Assembly: GCA_036867785.1 (NCBI GenBank)
Contig: CP145414.1
Location: 496,001-560,000, forward strand
Length of the DNA stretch: 64,000 nt
Reading direction: 5' to 3'
Source: Plasmodiophora brassicae
Taxonomy: Eukaryota
Shown piece by piece: positions 60,955 through 64,000 of the stretch. The position numbers and the translations under genes were made by a program. The notes under the pieces were generated by a model, which was not told the DNA's origin, searched no databases, and worked only from the letters and a program-made list of their open reading frames with translations. Within the stretch, counting starts at the first letter, position 1. Each line of letters starts with the position of its first letter.

Positions 60955-61650
60955 CACCTGAGTAGCAAGCGAAGCACACTCAGCAGCATCAGGGACGGTG
61001 TCCATGTTCGCGAACTCGCGAGCAATCCGTCTGATCTTCCACAGACCAACAGGAGACGCTTGCACGCTATCGTAATCAGCATTTGCTTTCGCCATGGGCT
61101 CCTGCCAACCTGTCAGACTGGCATGGTTGCGCCACCGCGAGAAATAGTCTGTACCCGGAGGGCAGGAACTGACGTGTTGATCGGGTCGCCGCATGCGGCG
61201 GCAAGGTATGCGTCCTGGTTTGCGAGAAGCCGAGGACAAAGCTCCATGAAACAGTTGAAGTGACGCAGGAGCTCATCTACTAACTCGTGGACGCCGGATG
61301 GCAATACCTAAGACATCGTGGTAACAAAATGGTAGAAGAGTGCTTATGATTCAAACAAAAACGTACGAAAGCTAGCACATCTTGTGGAACATCAGTGAGC
61401 ACATTCTGAAATGCAGGGACCAAGGCGTTTGCCCGTGACAACGTCCTTTGGGCAACATACTCGAGATAAAACTCGAGCGGCCGCTCTATGTCCGTTCTCA
61501 GCGCTCGTACAGGTCCAGACGTGTAGAGCCTAGGACAGGCAAGCCCAGCACCTCCGACCAGTCGACGACGACAGCGTCAGTGCCCCGACAGCGGATGTCA
61601 CCCATATGGTGGACAATAGGCTCCTCCGTCGACCGGAACTCCCAAATCTA
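60955..61650 (-). pseudogene. Multi-exon degenerate gene fragment of unknown family
   Basis: Exon-like blocks ...RTDIERPLEFYLEYVAQR...QDVLAF / VLPSGVHELVDELLRHF...PALR / EPMAKAN...SLATQ joined by GT-AG introns, with an apparent frameshift near 61500. Confidence 0.35.
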
Positions 61651-61665
61651 CCTGCAAATTTAACA

Positions 61666-62288
61666 AAGTGAACTGGGACGATAACCTACGGTTTCAACCT
61701 GAAAACGGAAAACCCGTGGCAGAGCGCCGGACGCCAACAGATAGTGGAAGCGCTTTTGGCTGTACAACGATGAGGAACGACACTTTGACGTTTCGCACCC
61801 ATAGTGCGTGTCCTTGGGCAAGGGACTTGGCAGCGTCCAGCGTAGGTGTATCATATGCCCAGCCTAGCTGCACCTATGATGATCACGGTCACACCTTGGG
61901 GTGGGCCGAGCAGAGGGCGCGGCGCGTTGCTCTATTCTGGCGGATCCGCGGCGGTGGTGGCGTCGATCGTGTGGAGACGAATGCCTGACTTTGTCGCGAC
62001 GCAGAGGCAAGATGGGCCCCAGGCAAGGCAGCCACCGCCAGGACCTGCTTGGACATGGTTGCACGCTTGGCGGTATGGCCCCGGATCCGAACGGCAACCA
62101 CGCCGGATGGTGACTCAATGGTGCGGCGCGCCGGACTCATCAGGTTGTTGCCCGGCTCAGGTCCATGAAACGTCAAAGTGTCGTTCCTCATCGTTGTACA
62201 GCCAAACGCGCTTCCACTATCTCTTGGCGTCCGGCGCTCTGCCACGGGTGTTCAGGTTGAAACCGTAGGTTATCGTCCCAGTTCACTT
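61666..62288. repeat. Long inverted repeat (arms 61666-61794 and 62167-62288, spacer about 370 bp)
   Basis: Left arm aagtgaactgggacgataacctacggtttcaacctgaa...gacactttgacgtttc is the reverse complement of the right arm, apart from a 7-nt indel and 2-3 substitutions. Confidence 0.92.
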
Positions 62289-64000
62289 GCATCGTCTCTA
62301 CCGTCAGCACCAGTGAATCCTATGGTCCGATGTGATGATTGGACGACTATCATATCAGATAACGCGAATTTTACCGTGTGTGGACCTTTGTAATGAGGCC
62401 ACCGTCCAGTTGGTGTGCAATATCATCAGACGTCCAGTGCATGTCTGTCCGCGTATGCTATTATGAAAGCGTCCAATACCGTTAGCTGTTGTATACGTAC
62501 CCACGGTTGTTGTCATATGAACCGTGTGCCGCGGGCAAGCCTCATCAGCGACCATGCGGGTCAAGAAGCTTCCGGTGACATGATGTGGCATGGGATCGTC
62601 GATACTGCTGCTTGGTAGACGGCCGTCGACGTCGCCGTCGTCAATGTCGAAAACCGTTCGTTGAGACACAGACCTGCCGCCGACACCCCGCGTCAGAATA
62701 ATTATGTCAGCTGTGACAACCGAACCCTGGGTGACTAACCGCTGGACAGCCACGATCTACATAGAATGACCGTCTGCAGCTCTGGCCTCCTGACCCGACG
62801 GCCCTTGCGCCCGGACTTGTCTAGCTAGACTGGGGCGCCTACCTCGGGCCCCTATTTGCTCCACTTGAGGTGCGGGCCCGATCAGGCCCCTTCTCCACGG
62901 CGTGACGCGGCGCGGCTACCGACGCGGTCACGAACTGGGCGCAGTAGGTGCCGTGGGCGGCGTCACACAGCGGCGGAGGTGAAAATCCTTCCGACATGTC
63001 TTCTCAGACAGTTTGGGCACCGGCTGGGCTCCGAATCTCCCGGCTTTATCAGGATACCGGAATGGCCTTTGCGCACCACACTTTGTGAAGGACAAGCTTG
63101 CTGCGGTTGCACCAGTCTTCAGAACAGAGGCAACAGGCAACTCGAAAAGAGAACGGTCTACCGTTCTGCAACGCTACCTAGGTAGTAACAGGAGCTGGGC
63201 ACAAGCATGAGCCCGAGGTCGAGAAAGGCGAGGACGGGCGGATCAGGGCGTCGAACGGGAGGATGCGATGCGCTGCACGATGTAACAACGACCGTGCTGT
63301 AACATCCTACGTGCTGTGCGGCATTCCACTCCTGTCAGTTGCACAGCGCGCAGAGCGACAGCAGGCTGCACAGTTCATTCTGCAAGTTCCTGCTGAACAC
63401 GCGCGTCATGAGCCTGAATAATATAAGGGCCTGCAGTCCTCGGCATACAGTGCGACAGCAGGTCGTTGCCCAGGTTCATGTCGCGCGTGTATACGACAGG
63501 GACGTGCAGAATGAACTGTTTGTAGAACACGTACTTCGAATTTCCCCATGCGTAAACGTGTGTCATCGTGGTGGGACGGGGACAATATTGCTCAAATGCC
63601 CCAACCGTCTTGAGGTCTGTGTGCTGTCACACTGTGGCACCACCTAAACCGCAGCAGAACCCTGCACGACGACAAAGCGCCGATTGCAATTTGAATGGAG
63701 ACGCCGTGTCCACGAGCAATGAAGCGTAGACTAATATCCCTACATGCATATTGCATGGCGTCGCCCACCGGGTCGCTTATGCCAATCATCGCGCAAAGGC
63801 AAGAGGAACTGAGGGACTACCTAGGGATGAAGCGTGTCCATCTAACGCGAGGAGCGGTCGATCGCTTGTACTCGTACCATAAATTAACATCACTTCCCAT
63901 CATACAATGTGCACACTCGCTGTGCAATGGCGCCGCACAGTGCTGGCGCTTCTGGGCGTGGCAGTCGGAAGCCTTACAATGAACGCTAGAGTCGTGAAGA

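Noticed and set aside
59364-60965. 533-aa plus-strand ORF as a single protein
   Set aside because: The first ~200 codons are antisense to the 59106-59804 gene; the credible start is the signal-peptide ATG at 59958 and the 3' end is probably spliced.

Overview
Eukaryotic, gene-dense DNA (GC-rich, many ~50-60 nt spliceosomal introns, intergenic gaps often only 100-300 bp). The combination of a centriole gene (CEP135/Bld10), very short introns and secreted ankyrin proteins suggests a zoosporic protist such as a phytomyxid (Plasmodiophora-like); this is inference, not proof. About 25 genes can be reconstructed: strictosidine-synthase-like, CEP135, ABCD transporter, phosphonopyruvate decarboxylase, ER DnaJ (KDEL), PSTAIRE CDK, Rab escort protein, TMEM117-like, G3BP-like, BTB-BACK-SPRY, YIPF, GAF-PDE, calmodulin-like, p24, CTF18, glutaminase, LtrA-like, P4-ATPase and SPATA20. 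Two accessory patches interrupt these housekeeping genes. The first (about 23.9-34.1 kb) holds a sequon-rich secreted peptide, a secreted SKP1/BTB-like plus ankyrin protein with a decayed tandem paralog, an intronless signal-peptide vacuolin/SPFH protein and a Ty1/copia relic. The second (about 59-64 kb) holds an intronless gene resembling a prokaryotic conserved hypothetical family, a secreted disordered protein, degenerate ORFs and a ~125-bp inverted repeat. All gene boundaries were spliced by eye and are approximate; family names come from motif recall, not database searches.
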